Below are positions 16,586-27,541 of a stretch of DNA of 37,451 nt, piece after piece. Each line of letters begins with the position of its first letter. Positions within the stretch are counted from its first letter, which is position 1. Below the pieces are notes generated by a model that saw only the letters and a program-made list of their open reading frames with translations, was not told the DNA's origin and searched no databases. The translations under genes and the position numbers were made by a program. Source of the stretch: Patescibacteria group bacterium (GTDB lineage: Bacteria > Patescibacteriota > Minisyncoccia > Phycocordibacterales > UBA9973). The stretch is taken from NCBI GenBank assembly GCA_040388095.1, contig JAZKCM010000003.1, positions 27,952-65,402 of the forward strand, given 5' to 3'.

Positions 16586-17374
16586 TTAGATATTGAAGAC
16601 TCTTTTTACATTCTGTAAAAGTGCTTGAGCAACGTCTTCTTCTGAAAGATTTTTAATCTCTGCGATTTTTTTAACAATTTCAATAACATATGCAGGTTCA
16701 TTGGTCTTGCCTCGGTATGGCACTGGCGAAGCAAAGGGTGAATCGGTCTCTGCCATAATTGATGTAAGCGGCAAAAAATTTATAACCTCATCATAATCAC
16801 GAGCAAAAGTGATCGGGCCATCGAAAGACATCGTGAAATTTATAGCAAGTGCTCTTTGTGCAATATTTATATCACCAACAAAGAAGTGAAAGTTCCCTGC
16901 TAATGTGTCATTTTCTTTTTTGTATTGTTCCAAGATATTAAGCGCATCTTCATATGCATCCATCGAGCCCTTGCTCGGTCGTGCATGAATCATCAATGGC
17001 TTCCCTATTTCGAGTGCAAGCTCTATGTGTTTTTTAAAAATTTCTTTTTGTTTTATTTTTATTTCTTCTCTCTGATCACGGAAATAATCGAGTCCGCATT
17101 CACCAATGCATACGACTTTTGGATTCTCTGCGAGTGTTTTATATTTTTCTATATCAAATTCCTCTTCCATATTGTCCGTCGGATGAAGCCCGACGCCAGC
17201 CCAGATAAAATCGTATTTTGAAGCGATCTCTACCGCCTTTTGTGATGTCTCATAATCCACACCGATTGTAATCGTGCCAACACCAGCTTCAACCATACGC
17301 ACAATAACCGCATCCTGGTCTTCAGAAAGCGGAGATAAATTTAAGTGGGAATGAATGTCGATGTATTTAGACAT
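16586..17374 (-). CDS. tatD: TatD-family nuclease
   Basis: DIHSHL, GLHP, IGECGLDY and ETDSPF..PVPYRGK.NEP. Confidence 0.95.
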   Translation of the reverse strand: MSKYIDIHSHLNLSPLSEDQDAVIVRMVEAGVGTITIGVDYETSQKAVEIASKYDFIWAGVGLHPTDNMEEEFDIEKYKTLAENPKVVCIGECGLDYFRDQREEIKIKQKEIFKKHIELALEIGKPLMIHARPSKGSMDAYEDALNILEQYKKENDTLAGNFHFFVGDINIAQRALAINFTMSFDGPITFARDYDEVINFLPLTSIMAETDSPFASPVPYRGKTNEPAYVIEIVKKIAEIKNLSEEDVAQALLQNVKRVFNI

Positions 17375-17375
17375 A

Positions 17376-18827
17376 TTAATCTTTCCTTAAGAAAAGAGAT
17401 TGTTCTGGCATCTTTCCACTTTTTGCAATAGCTATGATTTTTTGACTCGTCTGTGGCATTACTGGCGCTAGCATAGTCCCAATGTTATGTAATTTGATAA
17501 CTAGGTCTTTAATTATTTCTACAGCTTCTTCTTTATTTGTTTTAACAAGTTTAAAAGGTTGTTTGTCTTGTATAATTTCATCCAATTCCGTCACGTGTTT
17601 AAAAACGATGCTCATCGCTTCTCCAATATTAAAATTCTCCATCGCAGTAATCGCCGGCACCCAATCTTCACTGAGTCCCATAGCTGGGATTTCAGTTACT
17701 GTTTCTAAATTTGTCTCAGCCATTTTCATGATACGACTCGTGAGATTCCCCAATCCATTTGCCAATTTTGCATTATAGGATTCTTTAAAACGTTCCATTG
17801 TAAATGGAGAATCTTCAAAAGAAGAAACTTCTGATAATAGGAAAAACCGAAGTGCTTCAGTGCCATATTCTTTCACAACATCATATGGATTAATGACATT
17901 ACCGATAGATTTAGACATCTTTATTCCCCCATCACCTGTAATAAAGCCGTTTATGATTATTTGATGTGAGTTCGGCAAATCAGCAGCCATAAGCATTGCC
18001 TGCCACATCGCAGCTTGAAAACGTAAATTATCTTTACCACAATACTGGGTAGGGTTTCCATTTTTCCAAAACTGTTCAAATGTCTCTGTATTGGTTGGCC
18101 AGCCGAGTGTCGAAATATAATTTACGAGTGCATCAAACCACACATACATAACATGGTCTTCATCATCTGGTACAGGAATACCCCAAGACATTTTTGATTT
18201 TAATCGTGAAATAGAAAAATCCTGTAATCCCATTGCGACAAAAGATTTTATTTCATTAAAACGAAAATCAGGAACTACAAATTTATGATTCTTGTCATAA
18301 AATTCTAATAATTTATCTTGAAAGGCACTGTACTTAAAAAAGTAATTTTCTTCTTTGATCGTTTCAATTGCTCTGCCTGGGTGTATAGGACATTCTCCAT
18401 TTACAAGCTCTGAATCAGTTTTTGTTTCTTCACAACCAACGCAATATTTTGCTTCATAATTCTTTTTATAAATATATCCATTAGCCTGAACTCGTTTCCA
18501 AAATTCCTGCGTTGCAAGAATATGATGTTCATCTGTCGTACGAATAAAATGCACATCATCGCTGATTCCCAAAAGATCTTTTAATCCGCGGAACCTTTCT
18601 GCATATTCATCTACGTATATTTTTACATCTTTTCCCTCTTTTTCTGCAGCAGTAAAAAGTTTCTGTCCGTGCTCATCCGTCCCTGTATTAAAAAATACAT
18701 CAAAGCCTTGAAGTTTTTTTGCACGAGCAATAGCATCTGCACGGATGATTTCCATAGCAAACCCGACGTGCGGTTCAGCGTTTACATATGGAAGTGTGGT
18801 AGTAATATAAAAACTATTTTGTTTCAT
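17376..18827 (-). CDS. metG: Methionyl-tRNA synthetase (short form)
   Basis: PYVNAEPHVG, GTDEHGQK, YVWFDAL and KMSKS; no C-terminal Trbp domain. Confidence 0.97.
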   Translation of the reverse strand: MKQNSFYITTTLPYVNAEPHVGFAMEIIRADAIARAKKLQGFDVFFNTGTDEHGQKLFTAAEKEGKDVKIYVDEYAERFRGLKDLLGISDDVHFIRTTDEHHILATQEFWKRVQANGYIYKKNYEAKYCVGCEETKTDSELVNGECPIHPGRAIETIKEENYFFKYSAFQDKLLEFYDKNHKFVVPDFRFNEIKSFVAMGLQDFSISRLKSKMSWGIPVPDDEDHVMYVWFDALVNYISTLGWPTNTETFEQFWKNGNPTQYCGKDNLRFQAAMWQAMLMAADLPNSHQIIINGFITGDGGIKMSKSIGNVINPYDVVKEYGTEALRFFLLSEVSSFEDSPFTMERFKESYNAKLANGLGNLTSRIMKMAETNLETVTEIPAMGLSEDWVPAITAMENFNIGEAMSIVFKHVTELDEIIQDKQPFKLVKTNKEEAVEIIKDLVIKLHNIGTMLAPVMPQTSQKIIAIAKSGKMPEQSLFLRKD

Positions 18828-19893
18828 CGTTTTCTCGAGAGAATACTTTTTTCTTCTCTACGTCATTCATAAATTCCATAATAGCGACAGCGACAGGTAC
18901 AGCAAGTGCTATACCCCAAACACCACCAAGCTCATAACCAATAAGCACTGCAAGGATGACAACAAGCGGAGAAAGCCCAGTGACTCTTTTGACGATAAGC
19001 GGAGTAAATAAATAAACTTCAAATTGATGGATGATAAGATACGCACCGAGCACCATAAGCATATTTGAAAATCCTCCAGAGAGATAACCGAAAGAAAGCG
19101 CTGGGACCATAGCAACGATCATACCGTATGGGACGAGTTCCATAAAACCAGTAAGTATAGCGAGGAGAAGTGCGTATTGTATTCCTATAAGAGAAAGGAC
19201 GAGATAAATGAGTACAGCGATTAACAAGCCTAAAAGCATCTGACCTTTTATCCAAAGAGCGATCTTACGGCGAACTCTCTGCCACAAGTCGACAGCGTAA
19301 TCTTCGTTTTTCTGAGGTATAACAATGCGCAAGAAACTCTCGATACCATTTTCTTGAATTGAAAGATAAAAAGAAATGATAATGATCATACCGACATTGA
19401 AGAATGAACCGAATGCGGCTGAAAGCGTCTGGAAAAGTCCGCCAGAAAGATTTGTAATAAATGCTTTTGAAGTAGAGAGAAGTGCATCCACAGAAAAATT
19501 ATTGGATAGACTATTTACGATATCTTTTGCACCAGAGAAAGCTTGATTGTTGAAATAATCAAGGAAATTTATATCTGGGAAATATGATGAAAGGAATGAT
19601 GAGAAATTATAAACTTCTGTGATGAGTATCGGGGCAAAAAGATAAAACATTCCCGCTAAAAATGAAAGTGAGACTGCATAAATAATCACCACTCCAAAAA
19701 CTCTACCTATGTGTAGTCTTCCCATTCGTCGTACTGCAGACTCTACGAATGAAGCGATGACGATAGATGTCATCATAATTAAAACTAAATCACGCAAATA
19801 CCAAGCAAGGAAAACTCCGAGCCCGAGCAATACTGCACGAATCATCGTCCCCGTGCTGATTGAAATAGTTGTATGTTTGTGTGGATCTGACAT
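18814..19893 (-). CDS. AI-2E (PerM/UPF0118) family membrane transporter
   Basis: Polytopic; WIKGQ, LVPY and GLSPLVVILAVLIG..GGVWGIALAVP. Confidence 0.9.
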   Translation of the reverse strand: MSDPHKHTTISISTGTMIRAVLLGLGVFLAWYLRDLVLIMMTSIVIASFVESAVRRMGRLHIGRVFGVVIIYAVSLSFLAGMFYLFAPILITEVYNFSSFLSSYFPDINFLDYFNNQAFSGAKDIVNSLSNNFSVDALLSTSKAFITNLSGGLFQTLSAAFGSFFNVGMIIIISFYLSIQENGIESFLRIVIPQKNEDYAVDLWQRVRRKIALWIKGQMLLGLLIAVLIYLVLSLIGIQYALLLAILTGFMELVPYGMIVAMVPALSFGYLSGGFSNMLMVLGAYLIIHQFEVYLFTPLIVKRVTGLSPLVVILAVLIGYELGGVWGIALAVPVAVAIMEFMNDVEKKKVFSRENDETK

Positions 19894-19917
19894 ACAAGTA
19901 TTATAGCACTAAAAGTA

Positions 19918-21186
19918 TTAAACTTTCAAAATAGGCAGGAATTCTTCTTTTTTAGAAAATGGACCGATGAGGGCGAGGTTGAGCTTATTTTGTTGGAAAA
20001 TAAGAGATGCCATATCACGGACTTGTTTTGCAGTAACTATTTTTATCTTCTTTATTTTCTCTTCAGGACTTTCTATTTTTCCAACCATCACTTCTTGTCC
20101 GCCATAAAAATTGGCAATATCATCAGTCGCCTCGAGGCCCATCTTTATTCCAGAAATAAAAATCTCTTTTACTTTCGCCAATTCTTTTTCGGAAACTAGC
20201 TCATCTTTTAGTTTTTCACATTCTTTCAAAATAGCTGTGATGACTTCTTTGACTCGTTTATTATCTACACCCGAAGATATTTGAAATACTCCGTGGTCAG
20301 TATATGGGTCGGTATTTGCACGAACATAGTAACAGACGCCCATCTCTTCACGGAGCTTATGAAAAAGCCTAGAGCTCATCCCCGCTCCGAGTATTCCTGC
20401 TAATACAGAAAGTATTGTATTTTTTTTATCAAAAACATTTAAGGCGCGGAAACCGAGCACAAAATGTGTCTGGTCTGTAGCTTTGTGTTTTATTTTTATT
20501 TGTGGAGTATTTTGTTTTTCTATTGTTTTTAACTTTCCAGATTTCTTGTCATTCTTCAAATTACCAAAAGCTTTTTTTATTTCTTTCATCATATCTTTCT
20601 CGTTCACCCCACCTGCAATAACGACAGTCGTCGCTTTTGGTACATACTGTTCTTTTTTGTATTTTACAAAATCATCACGCTTCATTTTCTTAATATTTTC
20701 TATCGGACCGGCGATGTTCCAGCCAGCTGGTTGGTCGCCATACATTATTTCCATTATCAAATCCTGCACGTGACGCATCGGCTGGTCTTCGTACATATTT
20801 ATTTCTTCGATGATGACACCTTTTTCTTTTTGCATTTCTGCTTCAGGAAATGTTGAATTTAAATAAATATCACTCACAACATCAAAGATCTTTTTAAAAT
20901 GCTTTGCATCGCTTTTTGCATAATATCCTGTATACTCTTGCCCAGTAAATGCATTGTACTGTGCACCCATCGTATCGAGCTCAGTCGAAATGTCACGAGC
21001 AGTTGGTCTTTTGCTTGTTCCTTTAAAACACATATGCTCGAGAAAGTGCGAAAGACCATTGATCTCTTTCGTTTCGTATTTACTTCCTGTACTCACCAAT
21101 ACCAAAGCCGTCACCGTCGGTGACTCTTTCATCGGCACAGTGATAACCCGTAGACCATTCTTTAAAATAGTTTTTTTAGCTTTCAT
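19918..21186 (-). CDS. M16 (pitrilysin-family) zinc peptidase
   Basis: LKNGLRV, HFLEH (HxxEH), NAFT and SSRLFHKLREEMG. Confidence 0.95.
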   Translation of the reverse strand: MKAKKTILKNGLRVITVPMKESPTVTALVLVSTGSKYETKEINGLSHFLEHMCFKGTSKRPTARDISTELDTMGAQYNAFTGQEYTGYYAKSDAKHFKKIFDVVSDIYLNSTFPEAEMQKEKGVIIEEINMYEDQPMRHVQDLIMEIMYGDQPAGWNIAGPIENIKKMKRDDFVKYKKEQYVPKATTVVIAGGVNEKDMMKEIKKAFGNLKNDKKSGKLKTIEKQNTPQIKIKHKATDQTHFVLGFRALNVFDKKNTILSVLAGILGAGMSSRLFHKLREEMGVCYYVRANTDPYTDHGVFQISSGVDNKRVKEVITAILKECEKLKDELVSEKELAKVKEIFISGIKMGLEATDDIANFYGGQEVMVGKIESPEEKIKKIKIVTAKQVRDMASLIFQQNKLNLALIGPFSKKEEFLPILKV

Positions 21187-21191
21187 GTTGT

Positions 21192-21623
21192 TTATTCATT
21201 AAAATCGAACCAATTCTGTTTCAGTCTATCAAAAACTTTTATTTGAGCTAATTTATATCTATCCCAACCATCAGCTTCTTTTAAACGTTTATGTTCTTCT
21301 CTTGTGACTAAACAAGTCCTTGCTGAGATTAAAATCTTTTCAACTTCATAAGGATTTTCAAGAATTTGTTTTATTAATTTTTTTCTTTCTATTACATGCT
21401 CAAGAATCGGTAATTCATCATTCCAAACACATTCTGAAACAAATCTTTGATTATATTTACCATGAACCTCTGTAATCTTCCAGATTATTTCATCTAAAAG
21501 ATATTTTTTGTGCTTCTCTATAACATCCCTTGCTTCTAAAATTGATTTAGCTAGAATTATTAAACTTTTAGTATCTTCTAGTGCTGATTCTTTTGGCTTC
21601 CAAAGCTTTCTATATTTCATCAT
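21192..21623 (-). CDS. Hypothetical protein (possible degenerate His-Me/HNH-like fold)
   Basis: 143-aa ORF tightly packed between glyQS and the peptidase; motifs LEHVIE, CLVTREEH and WDRY. Confidence 0.65.
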   Translation of the reverse strand: MMKYRKLWKPKESALEDTKSLIILAKSILEARDVIEKHKKYLLDEIIWKITEVHGKYNQRFVSECVWNDELPILEHVIERKKLIKQILENPYEVEKILISARTCLVTREEHKRLKEADGWDRYKLAQIKVFDRLKQNWFDFNE

Positions 21624-21626
21624 TGG

Positions 21627-22961
21627 TTAGTTCAACTTTCCTTTTATATAATTTACTAGCTCTGAAACTTTCACTCTTTCTTGATTTCCAGTGTCTCGAT
21701 CTCGAACTGTTACTGTATCAAGAAGTTCTGGATTTTCACCAAGTGAATCGAAGTCTACAACAATACACCAAGGTGTACCGATTTCGTCTTGCCTGCGATA
21801 ACGCTTACCAATATTTCCGTTGTCATCATATGCAATTCTTCCAAATTCTGCTTTGAGTGAAGCGAAAACTTTTGTATTCGCATATTCTACGAGCTCAGGT
21901 TTATTTTTTAGGAGTGGAGAAACACAAGCAAGTATCGGTGCCATTTTTGGTTTGAATTTCAAAAACACACGAGGCTCGTCACCGGAAGTATCTTCATTAT
22001 ATGCGGACAAGAACAACGCAAGAAATGCACGATCGACACCAAAAGATGGCTCGATGACATGTGGAGTTATTTTCTCCCCTGCTTCTTCATCTACGTATTC
22101 AAGCTTATGATTCGTCAAATCAAAATTACCACGATATGCCAAGCCGAAAAGCTCTTTCTTTCCGAAAGGATAATCAAATTCAAAATCAACTGTTCTCTTC
22201 GAATAATGCGCTAAGTCTTCTGGTGCTACTTCGAGCTCGTGGACTTTGCTCATATCAATACCAATATCTTCCATCCACTCATTCATTTGATCTTTGAAAT
22301 ATTCAAAATATTTTTGCCAATCTGCTTCACGTACGAAATATTCTATTTCCATTTGCTCGAATTCTCGACAACGGAAAATAAAATCACGAGGAGTTATTTC
22401 ATTCCGAAATGCTTTACCAATCTGCGCCATACCGAAAGGAAGCTTTGGATGATATGCATCGACAGTATTTTTGAAATTAGAAAATATTCCTTGTGCAGTC
22501 TCGGGACGAAGATACACAGTCGATGAACTATCTTCCATCGCACCGATCTGCGTTTTGAACATCATATTGAATTGCTTAGGATCGCTCAATTTTCCTCCGC
22601 ATTCTGCGCATTTTTCTTTATCTTCTATCTGATCAGCACGGAAGCGTCTCTTGCATTTCTCGCATTCCACCATCGGATCAGCGAAACCAGCGACGTGGCC
22701 AGATGCTTCCCAGACTTTACTATTCATAAGTATCGCAGCCCGAATGCCGTACATATCTCGGCGAGCAGAAACAAATTTCTTCCACCAAGAATTTTTTATA
22801 TTGTGAAGCAATTCCCCACCCAAGTCGCCATAGTCGAATGTTCCCGCAAGTCCACCATATATTTCAGATCCCTGAAAGATAAAACCGCGTCTCTTGCAGA
22901 GACTGACGACTTTTTCCATTACTGTATCTTCTCTTTGATTTTTTTCATTTTCTTTTGCCAT
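21627..22961 (-). CDS. glyQS: Glycyl-tRNA synthetase, homodimeric (alpha2) type
   Basis: LCKRRGF, YLRPETAQG, FRNEITPR, IEPSFG and IGKRYRRQDEIGTP. Confidence 0.97.
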   Translation of the reverse strand: MAKENEKNQREDTVMEKVVSLCKRRGFIFQGSEIYGGLAGTFDYGDLGGELLHNIKNSWWKKFVSARRDMYGIRAAILMNSKVWEASGHVAGFADPMVECEKCKRRFRADQIEDKEKCAECGGKLSDPKQFNMMFKTQIGAMEDSSSTVYLRPETAQGIFSNFKNTVDAYHPKLPFGMAQIGKAFRNEITPRDFIFRCREFEQMEIEYFVREADWQKYFEYFKDQMNEWMEDIGIDMSKVHELEVAPEDLAHYSKRTVDFEFDYPFGKKELFGLAYRGNFDLTNHKLEYVDEEAGEKITPHVIEPSFGVDRAFLALFLSAYNEDTSGDEPRVFLKFKPKMAPILACVSPLLKNKPELVEYANTKVFASLKAEFGRIAYDDNGNIGKRYRRQDEIGTPWCIVVDFDSLGENPELLDTVTVRDRDTGNQERVKVSELVNYIKGKLN

Positions 22962-22964
22962 AAT

Positions 22965-24887
22965 TTACTCAGTGACTTTCTCTGAACCAAGCACTGGATT
23001 CGCATCTCCTGTAAGTCTTGTATTCAAAGCAGCTTTACTTACTCTCATCTCTACATTAGCAAAATCATCGTGCCCGGTCAAAACAGCTTCACCGACAAGT
23101 ATTGGCAACGTTCCTAATTGAGACAATGATGGAGTAATAGCTATTTGGAAATAAACTTCTTTTGAAGCTCCTGTTATACCAGTACCTTTCGGTATTGAAC
23201 CAATATTCCAAGTTACTTTTCGACTTATTGGATCATATTTTATATCTTCAGATGTAGGAGAAGTTGTACCAGTGAATTTTACATATGGTGGCAATTGAGC
23301 AGTTATTTTTGCACCAGAAATAGCATTTACTGTATTTGAAAGATTCCAAGATACGCTATAGGTCGTCTCAGTTTCAGCTTTTGGAGGTATTGGGCCAGTG
23401 TTCACAATTGGTCCAGAGAGATGGAAAACTTTTGATGAAAAACCTGTATCAGAAGTCACTCTGATTTTCTTTGATTCAGTATCAGTGACAGTCTGCACAG
23501 CATCATTATCGAGTGCTTGTTTACCTACGATAGAAATATCAATTTGCACATACGGATCAGGAATAAGTCCGTTTGAAGAAAAGAGAGCGCTCGGTGCAAA
23601 TGAGAAACCAACTTGCCCAGTCTCACCTGGAGTTATTTCAGCAAATTGAGAACTTGAATTTTTATCCCAAATAATAGTGTCTTCTGTAGAACTATAGAAT
23701 CCATTTGAAACAAATATTTTTTTACGATCATATGCATTACCAGATATTTTTGCACGAATTTCTACATCATTTACATTAGTTGGTAAATTATTAGCCCATT
23801 GTATTTGCACACTGGTATTGTTTTTTGAATCTGTTGAATACTCAGATTTATATTCTCCATTGACCAAAAGTCGTGCTTGAATAAAAGGTTTTTGTACAGA
23901 AATAGTATGTCCAATAGAATTAAATATGACTCCGATAACTCCCTTGTCACTAGTACTTTGTGAACCAGCAAAAAAATGAAATGTTTTGTCTTCACCATCT
24001 TCTACTCCCGTCATCGTACCGACGATGGTAATATCTTGCACAGCACCAGGAGACATATCTCCCAAATCCCAAACATTATTATTGATAGAAGGGCTTGGAG
24101 TTGAACTTTTAAAAACAAAACCTATTGGGTAATCCGCTTTAATGACCAAACCTGAAGCTGGTTTCGTAGCATTAAGTGTAGCTTTTAAATTAAAAGTTAT
24201 GTCTTGATTAGGAGTTGCTGTGTTTGGAGCTTGAATAGACAAATCGATCGGTGCAGAAGATACAGTAACAGAATAATCTTTTTCTTTAACAAAAATAGAA
24301 TTTGAGCCTTCGACTCTGTATTCAAGAGATATTTTAATTGGCTTAATACTACCCTGTTCACCAAACAAAGTTACTTTTATATTATCTGTACGGACTTGTC
24401 CTGCGGGTATCGTACCAAGAGAATCACGAAGTCTTTCTACTTCTTCTTTTAAATCAGTCGAGGATCCTTTTGGATATTCGAGCACAAGGTCAGCGAGTTC
24501 GAGTGCAGTATTGTTTTTATTAGTAATTTCAATTTGTAATGGCAACTCTTCCCCTCCTGCAGTAAAAGTATTTCCCAAAACCGCTATTTCAATATTGTCA
24601 TTCGACACTGTATTACCGCCAAAAAGAAAACTATATAGAGCAAAAATAACAGCCAATACAAAAAATCCTATCGAAAAGATAAAGAATTTTTGAAACAATG
24701 ATGTTTTCATAAAAAATTTCTTTGACATAGTTTCTTGTTTTGTATCATCTTCCCAATCTTCGTTCACTTGATATTCCTTTTTGTGAAGGATACCAAAACG
24801 TTTTCTTTGGAGAGATTCGTAGCTCTTACTAAAGAGTCTGCTTTTCATATCTTCAAGTCGATGAAGTTTTTCTTCTTCAGGTTTCAT
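22965..24887 (-). CDS. Single-pass membrane protein with multiple Ig-like (DUF11-like) extracellular domains
   Basis: Charged N terminus, one transmembrane helix, then beta-rich repeats (WDLGDMSPG, WNIGSIPKG). Confidence 0.7.
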   Translation of the reverse strand: MKPEEEKLHRLEDMKSRLFSKSYESLQRKRFGILHKKEYQVNEDWEDDTKQETMSKKFFMKTSLFQKFFIFSIGFFVLAVIFALYSFLFGGNTVSNDNIEIAVLGNTFTAGGEELPLQIEITNKNNTALELADLVLEYPKGSSTDLKEEVERLRDSLGTIPAGQVRTDNIKVTLFGEQGSIKPIKISLEYRVEGSNSIFVKEKDYSVTVSSAPIDLSIQAPNTATPNQDITFNLKATLNATKPASGLVIKADYPIGFVFKSSTPSPSINNNVWDLGDMSPGAVQDITIVGTMTGVEDGEDKTFHFFAGSQSTSDKGVIGVIFNSIGHTISVQKPFIQARLLVNGEYKSEYSTDSKNNTSVQIQWANNLPTNVNDVEIRAKISGNAYDRKKIFVSNGFYSSTEDTIIWDKNSSSQFAEITPGETGQVGFSFAPSALFSSNGLIPDPYVQIDISIVGKQALDNDAVQTVTDTESKKIRVTSDTGFSSKVFHLSGPIVNTGPIPPKAETETTYSVSWNLSNTVNAISGAKITAQLPPYVKFTGTTSPTSEDIKYDPISRKVTWNIGSIPKGTGITGASKEVYFQIAITPSLSQLGTLPILVGEAVLTGHDDFANVEMRVSKAALNTRLTGDANPVLGSEKVTE

Positions 24888-24904
24888 TGTTTTATTATAC
24901 CATA

Positions 24905-25492
24905 TTACATTTGTGTCTCGTTGAGCGCATTATTAATTTCCTTTAGAATTAAATTCTTATGTGATTGTACTTCATTTAGGACCTCACTTTCCCAAGGAGA
25001 TAAAATCAAATGACCCAATTTACTCTCACTACTAAAATATCCGAGATGATACAATATACGCAAAACAAGAATCATTTCTGCATTATCAAGATTTTCTTTT
25101 TTTTCTATACTTTTTTCTAAAATTGAAATCCCACCGAGGACATCTTCAAAAAGTGGTAGATTTTTTTCTTGTTCTGGCATCAACCTTTTTAAAAGTCGCG
25201 ATACATTGGAAAGCATTTTTAACGACTCATGAGTTTTTGTTATCGTTTCAAACTTATTTGTTTTCGATGCTGTGGTTAGACGCCAAAATTCTCGCCCTTT
25301 GACGAGATCAATTTTTACAAAAGAGAAATCAGTTAATACAAAACGTAATTTTGAAGAAAGTTTTCGTACGCTTTGTGCTGAGGCATTAATAAGACCAAGG
25401 TCTTTGGTGAGTATTGCATAGTATTTATTCGCCTCTCCATACGAATGACTGCCCAATATAAACCCTTCTGTATGATAAATGTGATGTGACAT
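24905..25492 (-). CDS. recO: DNA repair protein RecO (short, no Zn finger)
   Basis: TEGFIL...GEANK...LTKDLGLI.A.A..VRK..SKLR N-terminal OB fold; LRILYHLGY. Confidence 0.85.
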   Translation of the reverse strand: MSHHIYHTEGFILGSHSYGEANKYYAILTKDLGLINASAQSVRKLSSKLRFVLTDFSFVKIDLVKGREFWRLTTASKTNKFETITKTHESLKMLSNVSRLLKRLMPEQEKNLPLFEDVLGGISILEKSIEKKENLDNAEMILVLRILYHLGYFSSESKLGHLILSPWESEVLNEVQSHKNLILKEINNALNETQM

Positions 25493-25552
25493 AGATATGT
25501 TGCTAGAATTTCATTATACCAAAAATAACCTAAATTATGCTATATTATCTGT

Positions 25553-27541
25553 ATGAATTCCAAAAAAGACAACCATCCAAATAAGAAAGAAAAGGTTCTA
25601 CAAGGTACTATCTCAATCAATTCCAAGGGTACAGGCTACGTCGCTATCGGGGAGTTAAAAAAAGATCGAGATAAAGACCAAGATATAGAAGTAGATTTTA
25701 CTGATTTAAACACTGCTCTCCATGGAGATGAAGTTGAAATAACCATAAATCCTAAAAAAGTAAGAGGGAGAGTTACCGGAAAAATAGAAAAAATCATCTC
25801 TCGAGCAAAGAGCGGTTTTGTTGGTATCTTGGAACAAGAGAATGATGTTATTTTTTTGAAACCAGATGATACACGGATGTATACTGACATCTTAATACCG
25901 AAAGAAAATTTACTTAATGCAAAAATTGGTGAAAAAGTTTTTGTAGAAATGACTTCATGGAAAGATGCTTCAAAATCCCCCATCGGTAAAGTGCTCAAAG
26001 TTATGGGTCTTCCAGGAGAAAATAATACAGAGATGTATTCGATAGCGATTGAACGCGGATTCATAGCTGAGTTTCCAGAGATCGTCGAAGAAGAAGCTCA
26101 TGCAATAAAAACTGCTGGTATCGGAGAAAAAGATTTCAAAGACAGACGTGATTTCAGAAACATTCTCACCTTCACCATCGATCCAGATGATGCAAAAGAT
26201 TTTGATGATGCAATTTCTTTCAGAGAAATTACTCATGAAGAATTTGGCAAGGTTTTTGAAATCGGCGTACATATTGCTGATGTATCGCACTATTTAAAGA
26301 TTGGAAGTGAGATAGATAAAGAAGCCCGCAAGCGTGGCACATCTGTTTATCTCGTCGATCGTACGATACCAATGCTTCCAGAAACTCTTTCAAATGACCT
26401 TTGTTCCCTCGTTCCAAACCAAGACCGCCTTTGTATGTCTGCAGTATTTCTTATGGATAAAAATGCACAAGTAAAAGAATCATGGTTCGGGCGGACTATC
26501 ATCCATTCAAAATATCGTTTCACTTATGCGACAGCAGAAAAAGCAATTCATGAAAAAAATGAAGTCTTGCATATGGAACTTTCAACTCTCAATGATTTGG
26601 CAAAAAAACTCACCAAAGAAAGATTTGCAAATGGAGCAATATCTCTCGAACAAGAAGAAGTGAAATTTGTTTTAGATGAAAATGCAGTACCGATAAAAGT
26701 AATCCTGAAAGAACGTGGCGATTCAAATAAATTGATCGAAGAATTTATGTTGCTCGCAAATAAAAAAGTTGCAGAGACGATGTCGACAGATATCAAAGGG
26801 AAAAAACTTAAAATTCCACAAGGAGGCGTATTTGTTTACAGAATACACGATTTACCAAATAAGGAAAAAATGGCAGACCTGGCAATGCTTTTAAAAAGTC
26901 TCGGCTATAAAGTATCGCTCAAAGATGGCATTATTCCTTCATATGAATTAAATGAAATATTGAAAAAACTCGAAGGAAAAAATGAAAAGGAAACAATACA
27001 AAAATCCGTTATCCGTTCTATGGCAAAAGCCATTTATTCCACAAAAAATATCGGACACTATGGACTCGCATTTGAATATTATACACATTTCACTTCCCCT
27101 ATCCGCCGATACCCAGACGTGATGGTACATAGACTTCTTGAAGATTATACAAAAAACAAAAAGATCGATCAGAGTAAATGGATAGAATTTGAAAAAGTTT
27201 CTATCAAATCTTCTGAACAAGAAAAACGCGCAGCTGATGCAGAGCGCGCATCTATAAAGTACAAACAAGTGGAATATATGAGCAAACGAGTCGGTGAAGA
27301 ATTCACTGGTATCATTAGTGGCGTCACTAATTGGGGCATTTATGTAGAAGAAGTCGAAACAAAATGTGAAGGACTCATACGTGTGAGCGATCTTTCTGAT
27401 GACTACTATGTTTTCGACGAAAGAAAAGTCGAGCTTGTGGGACAAAAAAACAAAAAGAAATATAAGCTTGGTGATAAAATAAAAATAAAAGTAAAAAGTG
27501 TTGATGAAATAAAAAAGACGATAGACTACGTGCTCATATGA
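25553..27541 (+). CDS. rnr: Ribonuclease R
   Basis: TIDPDDAKDFDDAIS, VHIADVSHY, IEEFMLLAN, YTHFTSPIRRYPD and a C-terminal S1 domain. Confidence 0.95.
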   Translation: MNSKKDNHPNKKEKVLQGTISINSKGTGYVAIGELKKDRDKDQDIEVDFTDLNTALHGDEVEITINPKKVRGRVTGKIEKIISRAKSGFVGILEQENDVIFLKPDDTRMYTDILIPKENLLNAKIGEKVFVEMTSWKDASKSPIGKVLKVMGLPGENNTEMYSIAIERGFIAEFPEIVEEEAHAIKTAGIGEKDFKDRRDFRNILTFTIDPDDAKDFDDAISFREITHEEFGKVFEIGVHIADVSHYLKIGSEIDKEARKRGTSVYLVDRTIPMLPETLSNDLCSLVPNQDRLCMSAVFLMDKNAQVKESWFGRTIIHSKYRFTYATAEKAIHEKNEVLHMELSTLNDLAKKLTKERFANGAISLEQEEVKFVLDENAVPIKVILKERGDSNKLIEEFMLLANKKVAETMSTDIKGKKLKIPQGGVFVYRIHDLPNKEKMADLAMLLKSLGYKVSLKDGIIPSYELNEILKKLEGKNEKETIQKSVIRSMAKAIYSTKNIGHYGLAFEYYTHFTSPIRRYPDVMVHRLLEDYTKNKKIDQSKWIEFEKVSIKSSEQEKRAADAERASIKYKQVEYMSKRVGEEFTGIISGVTNWGIYVEEVETKCEGLIRVSDLSDDYYVFDERKVELVGQKNKKKYKLGDKIKIKVKSVDEIKKTIDYVLI

